Assembly (NCBI GenBank): GCA_030619905.1
Contig: JAUXAO010000001.1
Coordinates: 48,348-112,347, forward strand
Direction: 5' to 3'
DNA from: a bacterium
Lineage (GTDB): Bacteria > Patescibacteriota > Minisyncoccia > Minisyncoccales > CG1-02-41-26
DNA: 64,000 bases
Shown: positions 18,231-27,724 of the stretch, one piece after another
Position numbering within the stretch: the stretch's first letter is position 1
Layout: every line of letters starts with the position of its first letter
Made by a program: the position numbers and the translations under genes
The notes under the pieces: model-generated
What the model saw: only the letters and a program-made list of their open reading frames with translations
Told to the model about the DNA's origin: nothing
Database searches by the model: none

Positions 18231-18704
18231 TTATAAAATCTTTTTATAATTGTGAACTAAGTGATGACAATTATGGCAAAGCCAAATAAGATTTGCAAAT
18301 TTGTTATTTTTTCTATCGCCATCTTTATGATGAACTACAAGTACACGTTTGTCAGAAATACCACAGTTCTCACATTTCATCTTTCTATTAGAACGCTTCA
18401 AAATTCCACGACCAGCAAATTCACCACCGGTCCAGTTTGGATGATTCTGTCCTACGAACATTATTCTGTTTTTCCAAATCATAAAACACGATTTACTGCA
18501 AAAGAATTTCCCGCTTTTTGAATGTTTAATCTTAGAAGGTATTCTCCAGGTTTTCTTTCCACAAATTTCACAATATACAAATTTTCCTTTTAAATAGGAC
18601 TTGTATTGGCATTTAGCAGAACAGAATTTTCCCCATCCACGTTTTAAATGACTTGGCTTTGCGTAAAATTCTTTTCCACAAATTTTACAGGATACAATAG
18701 GCAT
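18231..18704 (-). CDS. HNH endonuclease with three N-terminal zinc-ribbon repeats
   Basis: C-terminal HNH motif (ENCGISDKRVLVVHHKDGDRKNNKFANLIWLCHNCHHLVH). Three CxxCGKxF...KFCSxxC repeats. Lies directly beside tRNA-His. Confidence 0.7.
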   Translation of the reverse strand: MPIVSCKICGKEFYAKPSHLKRGWGKFCSAKCQYKSYLKGKFVYCEICGKKTWRIPSKIKHSKSGKFFCSKSCFMIWKNRIMFVGQNHPNWTGGEFAGRGILKRSNRKMKCENCGISDKRVLVVHHKDGDRKNNKFANLIWLCHNCHHLVHNYKKIL

Positions 18705-18784
18705 TCTTTTATTTTATCAAAGAACTAGTAAAAAGTAAACAGACGTCTTTATCACAGACTCTCGTGCTAACCCCTACATCATAG

Positions 18785-18856
18785 TGCCCCCAAGAGGAGT
18801 CGAACCTCTATCCCAAGCTTAGAAGGCTCGTGTTCTATCCATTGAACTATGGGGGC
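18785..18856 (-). tRNA. tRNA-Arg (anticodon TCT)
   Basis: Reverse complement GCCCCCA TA GTTCAATGGATAGAAC A CGAGC-CTTCTAA-GCTTG ... GAGGTTCGACTCCTC TGGGGGCA. Confidence 0.7.
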
Positions 18857-18872
18857 TGGTGATTATCTTAAC

Positions 18873-19166
18873 TCAAAAACGAAATAAATCAAGATATTGT
18901 TTAGAATCAACTGACTTGAAAGTTTCTTCTCTTTCCTGCCATTCTTCTAAAACATTATTTAAAAGTTTTTCATTTAATCCAAATACCTGAGATTGAAATT
19001 CTAAATCCCTCTTCTGAAGATAATATTTGTAAAATAAAACTCCTGTTAGAATTAAATCTAAAATTAAGAGAAAAAAGAGAGTTATAAAAAAATGCTTAAC
19101 CAAAATCTTGGGAATATTTAGTAAAAAATCTTTAATTTTTTTAATTTTATTTTTTTTAGGAATCAT
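18873..19166 (-). CDS. small membrane protein at the end of the type IV pilus assembly operon (PilP-position protein)
   Basis: One TM helix; last gene of the pilM-N-O-like run and translationally coupled by a 4-nt overlap. Confidence 0.3.
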   Translation of the reverse strand: MIPKKNKIKKIKDFLLNIPKILVKHFFITLFFLLILDLILTGVLFYKYYLQKRDLEFQSQVFGLNEKLLNNVLEEWQEREETFKSVDSKQYLDLFRF

Positions 19167-19732
19167 TTTTCTTTTGTATAAACCTTTAAAATAATGGAGA
19201 AGGAAACATCACCTAAAGAAAAATCTTTAAATCTTTCAAACTGAAGTTCTTTTTCTGCAATTCTTCTGACCTCTGTCATCTGAACCTCTAAAAGCCAGGG
19301 GCTTACTTGAAGTTTTTCTAAAAACTTCAGACAATTTGGGAAAGAACCTGTAAGTAAAATTTGGAATCCTATACTTTCCCAAGTATCGTTTTCTCGAGAG
19401 GTAATAATTGAAGGAGAAATTTTAATTAAAAGACCTAGATTCTTGCTCTCTTCCTCTAAGAATTGGACAAAATCAACAGGGACTTCCGCATTAAGAAATA
19501 ATTTATCAAGTTTTTCTAAATTTGACTGATAAAAAGCAGCATTCTTTTCAAAATTCTCAAATTCTTGAAATTCTCTTTCCATTGAAGTTAATGTTTTTCT
19601 CTCTAAAAGAAATTCTTGAGAATTTCTTTGAATATCTTTCATTAAAAAAATAACTAATAAAAGCATCAGGATAAAAGCTATCAGAATAATGCTAATTAAA
19701 ATAAAGAAAATTTTTCTTTTAAGAATAATCAT
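19163..19732 (-). CDS. PilO-like type IV pilus assembly protein
   Basis: N-terminal TM helix followed by a coiled-coil; positioned after pilN; 4-nt overlaps. Confidence 0.45.
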   Translation of the reverse strand: MIILKRKIFFILISIILIAFILMLLLVIFLMKDIQRNSQEFLLERKTLTSMEREFQEFENFEKNAAFYQSNLEKLDKLFLNAEVPVDFVQFLEEESKNLGLLIKISPSIITSRENDTWESIGFQILLTGSFPNCLKFLEKLQVSPWLLEVQMTEVRRIAEKELQFERFKDFSLGDVSFSIILKVYTKEK

Positions 19733-20286
19733 TTGATTTCAAGGGTTAAATTAAAATCAACATCTGTTGGCTCTAACCAGCTCTGGAGAGAAACATCAAC
19801 CTCTTTAAAATCATCGTTTTCGCTGAGAGCTTTTTGAAAGAGAAATAAATCTTCTCTGTTTTCGGCATAACCCCAAATATTTATTTTAAATAAATAGTCT
19901 TTCTCCTCCTCAGAAATTTCAGGTTTTTGAATAAAAAGTCGAGTAAAATAAACTTTTCGAGGAACAAGTTTTGAGAGTTCTTCTAAGATAGGTGTTATCA
20001 AAATCTGATTTTCGTAAAAGTTTTTAACCTTTGCTAATTCTTGGTTAGTTTCTTTAATTGTCTGTTTAAAGTCTTGAAATTGAGGAATTGACAGTTCTCT
20101 TTCTTTATTAAAGAGGAGTTCCTTTTGAAAATTAACCTGAGAAAAGAAATAGATTTTAAATAGAAATAAAAACAGGATTAAACAAACTAGAAAAAAGAGA
20201 CAAAAGACTCCTAAAATTAAAATCATCTTCCTGTTTTTACCGGATTCTAACTCCTTCTTCTCTTTTTCTGGTAATAAATTAATCAT
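19729..20286 (-). CDS. pilN: PilN-like type IV pilus assembly protein
   Basis: Characteristic N-terminal MINLLPEKEK, then a TM helix; directly downstream of pilM. Confidence 0.6.
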   Translation of the reverse strand: MINLLPEKEKKELESGKNRKMILILGVFCLFFLVCLILFLFLFKIYFFSQVNFQKELLFNKERELSIPQFQDFKQTIKETNQELAKVKNFYENQILITPILEELSKLVPRKVYFTRLFIQKPEISEEEKDYLFKINIWGYAENREDLFLFQKALSENDDFKEVDVSLQSWLEPTDVDFNLTLEIK

Positions 20287-21346
20287 AGTTTCTTAAAGCT
20301 AAACCTAAAGCAGAAGTATAGGCCAGAGATTTTTCAAATGACAACTCTGGTACTTCTTTAACTGTTTCTTTTAAAATATTTATCCAGGGATTGCTAAGTT
20401 CTACTTTAACTTTAAGAGTTGAAGATAAAAAGCCAACTAATCCCTTAAGATTCGCCCCTCCGCCACAAAGTAAAATTCTTTCTAATTTTCTTTTATCAGT
20501 TAAGGTTTGATCTTTAGGAGCATGGGAACGATAATATTTCAAACAAGTTTTTATTTGTTCAGCCAAATCTGTTAATGGAGGAATTATTGCCTCAAAAATT
20601 TCTTTTTTCCCCTCCAATCCTTCTTTCTTTTTTAGTTTTTCAGCTTTTTCATAACTAATTTTTAAATTTTTAGAAATATTTTCGGTTAAGGCTTGAGAAG
20701 AAATAGGAATAGTAGAGGTAAACCTTAAGCTTTTCCCAAAAAAAATAATAAAACTGGTTCTTGTTTCTCCAAAATCAATTATTAAAAGTGGTCCTGTGGA
20801 AGTATTTTTTTTAATTAAAGATCTAACAATAGCTAAGGATTCAATTTCCAAGGCTATCGGTCTTAACCCTGCTTGCTCTAAAGCCTTAAAGTAAGGATCA
20901 ACTATATGTTTAGGAGTAGCAGCAATTAATATTTCTTGATATTTTTTTTGTTTAGAAATCGGCTGAATTTTTTCAAAATCAAAATAGACATCATCTAGTT
21001 TAAGGGGAATATAATTTTCGGCTTCAAATCTTACTGCATTTTCAATTTCTTCTTCATTCATAACCGGAATTTGCAAAATATCTAGAAATGATTTTTCTTC
21101 GGGTAAAGAGGAGATTACATATTTAGTTCTTATCCTTTTGCCCTTAACCTGCTTCAAACCTTTTTTAATGATCTTGGCAAGGTTTTCTATATCTTTTATT
21201 TCGCCTCCTTTAATGATTCCAGAGGGAATTCTTGTTTCTCCAAAAGAGCTTAATTTTAAGCCTTCCCCATCTTTCTCAAGTTTTATTATCTTTAAAGAGA
21301 GATCGGAAATGTCAAGCCCAAAAGATTGTGATTCTAATTTAAACAT
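20279..21346 (-). CDS. pilM: type IV pilus assembly ATPase-fold protein PilM
   Basis: Actin/FtsA-like fold sequence (two GG-containing phosphate loops, …LLIIDFGETRTSF…CGGGANLKGL…). Confidence 0.7.
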   Translation of the reverse strand: MFKLESQSFGLDISDLSLKIIKLEKDGEGLKLSSFGETRIPSGIIKGGEIKDIENLAKIIKKGLKQVKGKRIRTKYVISSLPEEKSFLDILQIPVMNEEEIENAVRFEAENYIPLKLDDVYFDFEKIQPISKQKKYQEILIAATPKHIVDPYFKALEQAGLRPIALEIESLAIVRSLIKKNTSTGPLLIIDFGETRTSFIIFFGKSLRFTSTIPISSQALTENISKNLKISYEKAEKLKKKEGLEGKKEIFEAIIPPLTDLAEQIKTCLKYYRSHAPKDQTLTDKRKLERILLCGGGANLKGLVGFLSSTLKVKVELSNPWINILKETVKEVPELSFEKSLAYTSALGLALRNYD

Positions 21347-21379
21347 AATAATTATTCATCATTAATAATTGATTATTAA

Positions 21380-22750
21380 TCAGTACTCTTCTTCCCAATG
21401 ATCAATGGTTATAACTGGAGAATATTCCGGATCTCTAAAAGTATCAATAATCACATCAGGATCTAGATAAATATCAATTCCGTTCCACATGCTTGATAAT
21501 CTAAATTTTCTCGAGGCAATACCTCCATGTATCTCGATAAAAGCTCCTACGCTGGAAATCTTTATTTCATCCCCAGCATAAATCAAACCGTCAATATCCA
21601 TGGCTTTATCCTCAAACCCAAGCCAACTTCCTGTAGTTATCTTTCTTCTGGCCAAAATTCCTGCCGACTTGTTTTCTTCTGGAAGTCCTGGTCTATTAAC
21701 CATAACCCGGCTTGAGCCACAGCGAAGGAAAGGATATTCCGAACTTGTCCAACAATAATCTTCCCCCATATTAATATCTCTCTCAGCAATCAAAACACCA
21801 TTAACTGTTAATATTTGACCTGCTCTTATATTGATATCACCTCTAATATATGTGACAACGTCTTCCGGCAAGGAAAGCTCCGGATAGTTTTGCCACATTA
21901 ATTTTTCGAATTCCTCCAGGGTAAAAAGACAATTCGTTTTACCATCTATTCGCAGAAAACTACAATCGCTACTCTCGGCTGCTTGAAGGTAAAAATCAAA
22001 ATCTAAAGGAGGCATTGAAACTTCAGCCGGGGGACATTCAGTGCTTGTAGCACAACCAGGTTCACATATATCCGATGAACAAGTTATTGCATTTAACTCA
22101 GAATACGAAGAAATATTAATTTGATTACCAGCTAATGCTTTATTATCTACATTCACTTTACTCCAATATTTTATATTTATATTATTATTCGAGAAAAGAC
22201 TGCCATTATAAATATTCAGAGGATCAGTAGATTTAATATAAATATTTTCACTAGAACCACCTGTAAAAATATTAAAGTCAGAAACAGGATTTCCAATTGC
22301 TTTAAATACTTTCGTTTTTACCACTCTCTGAGCAATTTTTCCGCTTGAAAAAATTATAGTTGAAGTTGAAGTAATTTCTGCCTTGGCACAACCAAGATTT
22401 TCGATTCCAACTTCATAAGATCCATTTTCAAACAAGGCCTGATTTCTTTTATAAGGAGAAATTGACCAAGAAGAACAAGTAGGGTCATCAATAGTAGGCA
22501 TGGTCTCGAAAGCATTTCTCCAATCATCATCATTTTTAAGTTTAAAAATAGCCTCTTGAATTCCTGTTTCAGCTAAATAATAAGATTTAGCAGCATATAT
22601 TTGGCTCTCAGACATTCGAGAACCGGTTAAACTGAAAGAGATAAAATAAGAGGATAAAAGAAGCATTGTTGCCAAAAGCAAAATAGTAAAGATTAAAACT
22701 GATCCATTTTTAGCCCTATTATTTTCTATTTTCTCTAATAAGTTTACCAT
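21380..22750 (-). CDS. PilX-like minor pilin / pilus-associated large protein
   Basis: N-terminal TM helix followed by a PilX_N-like segment (SRMSESQIYAAKSYYLAETGIQEAIFKL). Large Cys-containing C-terminal domain. Confidence 0.4.
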   Translation of the reverse strand: MVNLLEKIENNRAKNGSVLIFTILLLATMLLLSSYFISFSLTGSRMSESQIYAAKSYYLAETGIQEAIFKLKNDDDWRNAFETMPTIDDPTCSSWSISPYKRNQALFENGSYEVGIENLGCAKAEITSTSTIIFSSGKIAQRVVKTKVFKAIGNPVSDFNIFTGGSSENIYIKSTDPLNIYNGSLFSNNNINIKYWSKVNVDNKALAGNQINISSYSELNAITCSSDICEPGCATSTECPPAEVSMPPLDFDFYLQAAESSDCSFLRIDGKTNCLFTLEEFEKLMWQNYPELSLPEDVVTYIRGDINIRAGQILTVNGVLIAERDINMGEDYCWTSSEYPFLRCGSSRVMVNRPGLPEENKSAGILARRKITTGSWLGFEDKAMDIDGLIYAGDEIKISSVGAFIEIHGGIASRKFRLSSMWNGIDIYLDPDVIIDTFRDPEYSPVITIDHWEEEY

Positions 22751-22753
22751 AGA

Positions 22754-23371
22754 TTAAAAATTCCTACCAAAAAGTTTCACCTGAAGATCTAATTCTTGCC
22801 CTCTGTTTTTTAAAACTAAAGAAATATCAATTAGACCAGCTCCCCAAAATTTTAAATCGTCAATATACTCACCAATTATTTTTTCCTCTAAGTTGCAAAA
22901 AACGGGATAGACTGTTTCTTCACCTTCAATCATAGTATCGTTCCATTGGAAATAAGTATTGCAGATGAGACAAGAGTCAAAACAATATACCCGGTACTGA
23001 CGATAAATCTCCCCGGTTGAAGTAGAAAAATAATAACGAATATAATAGTAATCACTTCCCAGATGTTCATATGGGGAAGGCATATGACCATCTTGGAATT
23101 CAATTTCTAAAGAAGGAGGATTATCTGGATTATCAGCTACCTGAGGCAAAGGAGTAACTATTTCTTCGGCCTGACGAATTTCTCTGGCCATTCTTTCTAA
23201 AATCACTCTCCCGTTTTGTAAAAGCTCTGCCCTAATAGTTCCTTGGCTATAAAATCTTTGGCTAAAAGAAAATAAATTAAAAACAGCTATTGAAACCAAA
23301 ACAAAAATGGTTATAGTTATTAATATTTCAACTAATGTAAAACCTGTATTTGATCGGCGATTTGGTATCAT
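22754..23371 (-). CDS. type IV prepilin-like protein (minor pilin)
   Basis: Prepilin N-terminus GFTLVEILITITIF (G/F cleavage-methylation motif with E+5). Confidence 0.65.
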   Translation of the reverse strand: MIPNRRSNTGFTLVEILITITIFVLVSIAVFNLFSFSQRFYSQGTIRAELLQNGRVILERMAREIRQAEEIVTPLPQVADNPDNPPSLEIEFQDGHMPSPYEHLGSDYYYIRYYFSTSTGEIYRQYRVYCFDSCLICNTYFQWNDTMIEGEETVYPVFCNLEEKIIGEYIDDLKFWGAGLIDISLVLKNRGQELDLQVKLFGRNF

Positions 23372-23377
23372 ATTGTT

Positions 23378-23782
23378 TTACTTCTCGGCAATTAAAGTGA
23401 CAAGATTCACACTTTTTCCTCTTAGTCTTAAAGGGGATTGCCATCGAACCGTAACCTCTATCTTTTTTAACCCTAAATCTAAAGTCGTGTCTGCTAAATC
23501 AGAATCTACATAAACTATCTTTATTTCCCTAGAAAACCTCTCAAATGGAGAAGGAAGAGAATCTTCAGTTTCAATGGTAACTTGAATGTCTTGATAAGCT
23601 CTGGAAATTTTCTCTTCAATTTTCTCTTGAGCTAAAAAGACGGCTTGCGTCTCCATTTGATTAAGTTTCTCAATATTTAAAGCTAAGGGAAAGACCTGCA
23701 GAACGGCAATGATTCCAATTATTAAAACTGAAATGGCAATTATTACTTCTAAAAATGTAAATCCAGTATTTATAGATTTCAT
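23378..23782 (-). CDS. type IV prepilin-like protein (minor pilin)
   Basis: Prepilin N-terminus TGFTFLEVIIAISVL. Confidence 0.65.
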   Translation of the reverse strand: MKSINTGFTFLEVIIAISVLIIGIIAVLQVFPLALNIEKLNQMETQAVFLAQEKIEEKISRAYQDIQVTIETEDSLPSPFERFSREIKIVYVDSDLADTTLDLGLKKIEVTVRWQSPLRLRGKSVNLVTLIAEK

Positions 23783-23784
23783 AT

Positions 23785-24252
23785 TTATTTTATTTTGACA
23801 AAACCAGAAGGTCTTACTTCAATAATTTTTATCTTTTCTTCGATATTAATTAAGGAAACACTACCCATTTCCTTTACTGCCCCATATGGGTTAAAAACTA
23901 CCTCATCATTGCTAAAACCTGTAATTTGATAAAAATCGACTCCTTCAGAAAGAGATTTTTCCAAAACATTTTCAGTTGTTGTTCCATACCTGATTATCTG
24001 ATATTCATTGGTAGTTGAAGAAAAGTGAATCCCGTAATTAATCTGCTCCGTAACTGATTGTTGCTGAGCATAACGGAGATCAGTAGCCAAATCACGCACA
24101 GCACCATCTAGTCGCCAGGAAGGTTGAAGTGTTCTGAGGGCAGACCAGGAAATAGTAGCAATTATTCCAATTATGGCGATAATAACTAAAAACTCAAATA
24201 GGGTAAATCCTCTTGACTTTTGACTTCTGATTTTTGATTCTTGATTTTCCAT
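23785..24252 (-). CDS. type IV prepilin-like protein
   Basis: Prepilin N-terminus RGFTLFEFLVIIAIIGIIA. Confidence 0.65.
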   Translation of the reverse strand: MENQESKIRSQKSRGFTLFEFLVIIAIIGIIATISWSALRTLQPSWRLDGAVRDLATDLRYAQQQSVTEQINYGIHFSSTTNEYQIIRYGTTTENVLEKSLSEGVDFYQITGFSNDEVVFNPYGAVKEMGSVSLINIEEKIKIIEVRPSGFVKIK

Positions 24253-25482
24253 TTATAATCCTCCCATTATGCTATATATTGGTTGAAACATTGAAACGGC
24301 AAAAAAACCAACTACTCCTCCAATAATTAAGATAAGAATTGGTTCTATAGTGGAAGATAGTTTCTGAAGAGCATCTATAACCTCTTCTTCGTAAAAATCA
24401 GCAAGGCCTTCTAAAACATCGGAAGTTTCCCCTGTTTCCTCACCAATTTCTATCATTTCTGTAACCATAGGTAAATAAAGATTTTTATATGGGCTGAGAG
24501 CTTGAGAAAGTCTCTCTCCTTTCTCTACCACTCTAGCCGTTTTCTCTAATGATTCTCTGAAATAGAAGTTTGTCAAAGTTTTGGAGGTAATTTCTAGAGC
24601 ACGGACAATCGGCACTCCTGCTTTTAAAAGAGAGCTAAGGGTTCTAAGACTTAAAGCAGAATTAGTTTGTTTGGTAATTTTAGAAATTATAGGAAGCTTT
24701 AAAATTAATCTTGACTTAAATTTTTCACCTCTTTGGCTTTTAAAATAAGTAAATAAAACAAAAATCAATGAACCTATAATTAAAATAGCAGTTACCCAAT
24801 TCTTAGTCATAAAATCAGCCAAAGCAAAAATTATCTTAGTAGTAAGAGGAAGTTCAATACTCAAATCTTCAAAAACCACTTTTAGATTTGGGATAATAAA
24901 AATGAACATAAATATACCCATTACCAGAGCTAAACCTAAAACAATTAAAGGATAAAGCATGGCTGTTTTAATTTTTGACTTTAAATTATATTCTTTTTCC
25001 ATTTGATCACTTAAAACTTTTAGTGAACTCTCCAAACTTCCTGTTTCTTCACCTACTCTTAAAGTTTCCTGGTATAAATTAGAAAAAATCTCCGGGAAAA
25101 TTCCAAGAGAGTTAGAAAGAGATTCTCCTTGAGCTATTTTTTCAGAAATTGCTTCTAAGGCTTTTTTAAATTTTTTATCTTTAGCCTGATTTGACAAAAT
25201 TTTAAAGGCTCTTGGTAAAGAAATTCCTGTTTTTACCATTATTCTTAGATTTCTGGTAAAAAATAGTTTTTCAGACAGAGAAATTCCAATAAATTTTTCA
25301 AAAAAAACTAAATTGGGAAGTTTAAATTTTCTTTTTTTCTCTGAGCCTTTTTTTTCTGCTGATATTAAAAAATATCCTTTTCGACGCAAAATTCTAGATA
25401 AATGAGAAGAACTTTGAGCGCTTAAAAAGCCTGATTCTTCTTCTCCTTTGAGATTTTTTGCTTTGTAAAAATAAATGGGCAT
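24253..25482 (-). CDS. pilC: type IV pilus inner-membrane platform protein PilC (GspF family)
   Basis: Two GspF-type repeats each with TM helices; gene order pilB-pilC. Confidence 0.85.
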   Translation of the reverse strand: MPIYFYKAKNLKGEEESGFLSAQSSSHLSRILRRKGYFLISAEKKGSEKKRKFKLPNLVFFEKFIGISLSEKLFFTRNLRIMVKTGISLPRAFKILSNQAKDKKFKKALEAISEKIAQGESLSNSLGIFPEIFSNLYQETLRVGEETGSLESSLKVLSDQMEKEYNLKSKIKTAMLYPLIVLGLALVMGIFMFIFIIPNLKVVFEDLSIELPLTTKIIFALADFMTKNWVTAILIIGSLIFVLFTYFKSQRGEKFKSRLILKLPIISKITKQTNSALSLRTLSSLLKAGVPIVRALEITSKTLTNFYFRESLEKTARVVEKGERLSQALSPYKNLYLPMVTEMIEIGEETGETSDVLEGLADFYEEEVIDALQKLSSTIEPILILIIGGVVGFFAVSMFQPIYSIMGGL

Positions 25483-25493
25483 ATTTCCTCATC

Positions 25494-27242
25494 CTATTCA
25501 ATAATAACCCGCAATACTTCTTCTATTGAGGTTATACCCTGGGCTGCTTTGATAAATCCATCTTCAATCATTGATCTCATCCCTTCTTTTTGAGCTCTTA
25601 TCTGAATCTCATCACTGGTCGCCCCTTTATTTATTAGGGTCTTTATAGACTCTGAAATCCTTAAAACTTCATAAATACCAATTCTTCCTTTATAACCATC
25701 AGGAGATTCTTTTGAAGCTTTGGGACGATAAAATTCAACATCTTTAAGTCCTTTTTTACCCTTTAGTATTTTTTCTTCTCTTAAAACCTCTTCTATTCTT
25801 TTTAAGCCACAATACTTAGCCAGGTTTTTTAATTCATCTTTTTTCATCTTGTATTTTTCCTTTTCTCCGCATAATCTTCTAACTAAACGCTGGGCCAAGA
25901 TTAAATTCAAGGTAGAAGAGAGTAAAAATGGCTCCACTTTCATATCAATCAGTCTAGGAATAGTACCTGCGGCTGAGTTAGTATGCAAAGTAGAAAGAAC
26001 TAAATGGCCAGTTAAGGCAGCATTAATTGATAAAGAAGCGGTTTCTTCATCTCTGATTTCCCCGACCATAATAATATCCGGGTCTTGTCTTAAGAGAGAC
26101 CTTAATCCCGAAGCAAAGGTCAATCCAATTTTTGGATTAACTTGGGTCTGATTAATTTTAGGCATTCGATATTCAATCGGATCCTCAACTGTTGAAATGT
26201 TTACTCCCGGAGTATTTAAAATCTCCATCATTGAATATAAGGTTGTTGTTTTTCCACAACCAGTAGGACCAGTGACTAAAATCATTCCTACTGGTTTTCT
26301 TATTGCTTCTTGGACTCTTTCTAATGTTTCTTCCCATAAACCTAAGGTTTCTAAACTGTATCCGCGAGCTTTTTCCGGTAAAAGTCGCATTACTGCTTTT
26401 TCTCCATTAAAAACAGGTAAAATTGAGACTCGAACTGAATATTTGTAATCTTCTGACTCTATTTTAAAACGACCATCTTGTGGAAGTCGATGTTCATCTA
26501 ATTTTAAATTACTAAGGACTTTTATTCTGGCTACAATTCCAGATTTAGTAATTATTGGCAAGGTCATAGCATCTCTCAGAATTCCATCTATTCGATACCT
26601 GACTAAAACCTCTTTTTCCATCGGTTCAATGTGGATATCTGAAGCTCTCTGCAAAATCGCGTGTTTTAATAAAGTGTCTACAATTCTTATAATTGGCAGT
26701 TCCTGAGCTTGTTTTTCCAACTCTTGTTTTTCTTCGACTACTTCTTCATCTGGAAGTTTTTTAATACCTCCTGCTTCTTTTTTTATAATCTCTCCAAATT
26801 CTGCTTCTAAACTTTCTTGATATTGGGTAAGAACATTTTTAATACTTTTAGGAGTGGTTAACCTTGGCATAATTTTCAAGTTGGCCTTTTTTCTAATAAA
26901 CTCAATTGTTTTTAAATCTTCGGGATCAAGCATCGCTACTTCTAAATTTTTCCCTTTTTTTCTAAAGGCAACAATATTATGAGAACGAGCAATAGGTTCT
27001 GGTATAATTCTCAAAATTTCCGGTGAAATTTTCTCTTTTTCTAAGTCAACAAAGGGAACCCCTAAAATATATGCCTCTAGTCTTATCAATTTTTCTTGGG
27101 AGACTAAATTCTGAGAAATTAAAATATCTCCAATTTTTTGATTGGTTTTTTTAGCTTTCTTATAAGCTTCTTCAAACTGGTCCTCCTTAATCAAACCAGC
27201 ATCCAAAAGAAATGCCTTTAATTGTTGGGGTTCTACCCGCAT
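25494..27242 (-). CDS. pilB: type IV pilus assembly ATPase PilB (GspE family)
   Basis: Walker A GPTGCGKTTTLYS, Asp box, His box and a tetracysteine-region equivalent. Confidence 0.9.
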   Translation of the reverse strand: MRVEPQQLKAFLLDAGLIKEDQFEEAYKKAKKTNQKIGDILISQNLVSQEKLIRLEAYILGVPFVDLEKEKISPEILRIIPEPIARSHNIVAFRKKGKNLEVAMLDPEDLKTIEFIRKKANLKIMPRLTTPKSIKNVLTQYQESLEAEFGEIIKKEAGGIKKLPDEEVVEEKQELEKQAQELPIIRIVDTLLKHAILQRASDIHIEPMEKEVLVRYRIDGILRDAMTLPIITKSGIVARIKVLSNLKLDEHRLPQDGRFKIESEDYKYSVRVSILPVFNGEKAVMRLLPEKARGYSLETLGLWEETLERVQEAIRKPVGMILVTGPTGCGKTTTLYSMMEILNTPGVNISTVEDPIEYRMPKINQTQVNPKIGLTFASGLRSLLRQDPDIIMVGEIRDEETASLSINAALTGHLVLSTLHTNSAAGTIPRLIDMKVEPFLLSSTLNLILAQRLVRRLCGEKEKYKMKKDELKNLAKYCGLKRIEEVLREEKILKGKKGLKDVEFYRPKASKESPDGYKGRIGIYEVLRISESIKTLINKGATSDEIQIRAQKEGMRSMIEDGFIKAAQGITSIEEVLRVIIE

Positions 27243-27252
27243 GATTTAAATT

Positions 27253-27621
27253 TTATTCTTCAAGAGCTTTTTCTATTTTCTTCACCACTTCTTCTAAAGT
27301 GTAACTTGATTTAACTAAATAAGTAGTTGCTCCCAGTTCTAATGCTTTTTGAATATCCTCTGTTTCTTCAAGGTTAGTCAAAATTATTACAGGAATATTC
27401 TTGGTTTCTTCATTTGTCTTTAGTCCTTTCAAAACCTTAAAACCATCCATTCTGGGTAAAATCAGGTCTAGCAAAATCAAATCTGGTCTTTCCTCTTTAG
27501 CTGATCTCAGACCACTTTCTCCATCTAGTGCTTTTATTACTCTATAATCTTTACTCTTTAAAATATCACCTATTGTTCTTTGAAGAGCTGATTCGTCTTC
27601 AATAAATAAGATGTTTTTCAT
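27253..27621 (-). CDS. response regulator receiver-domain protein (CheY-like, stand-alone)
   Basis: ILFIEDE...PDLILLDLILPRMDG...K pattern; 122 aa. Confidence 0.8.
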   Translation of the reverse strand: MKNILFIEDESALQRTIGDILKSKDYRVIKALDGESGLRSAKEERPDLILLDLILPRMDGFKVLKGLKTNEETKNIPVIILTNLEETEDIQKALELGATTYLVKSSYTLEEVVKKIEKALEE

Positions 27622-27724
27622 AGAAAATATGATGCAAACATATAAATAGTATACTAATCTACAAATTGCTAATAGTTATACAATTTACAGTATTAGTATT
27701 AAATTCGCATATCAGCATCATTCT

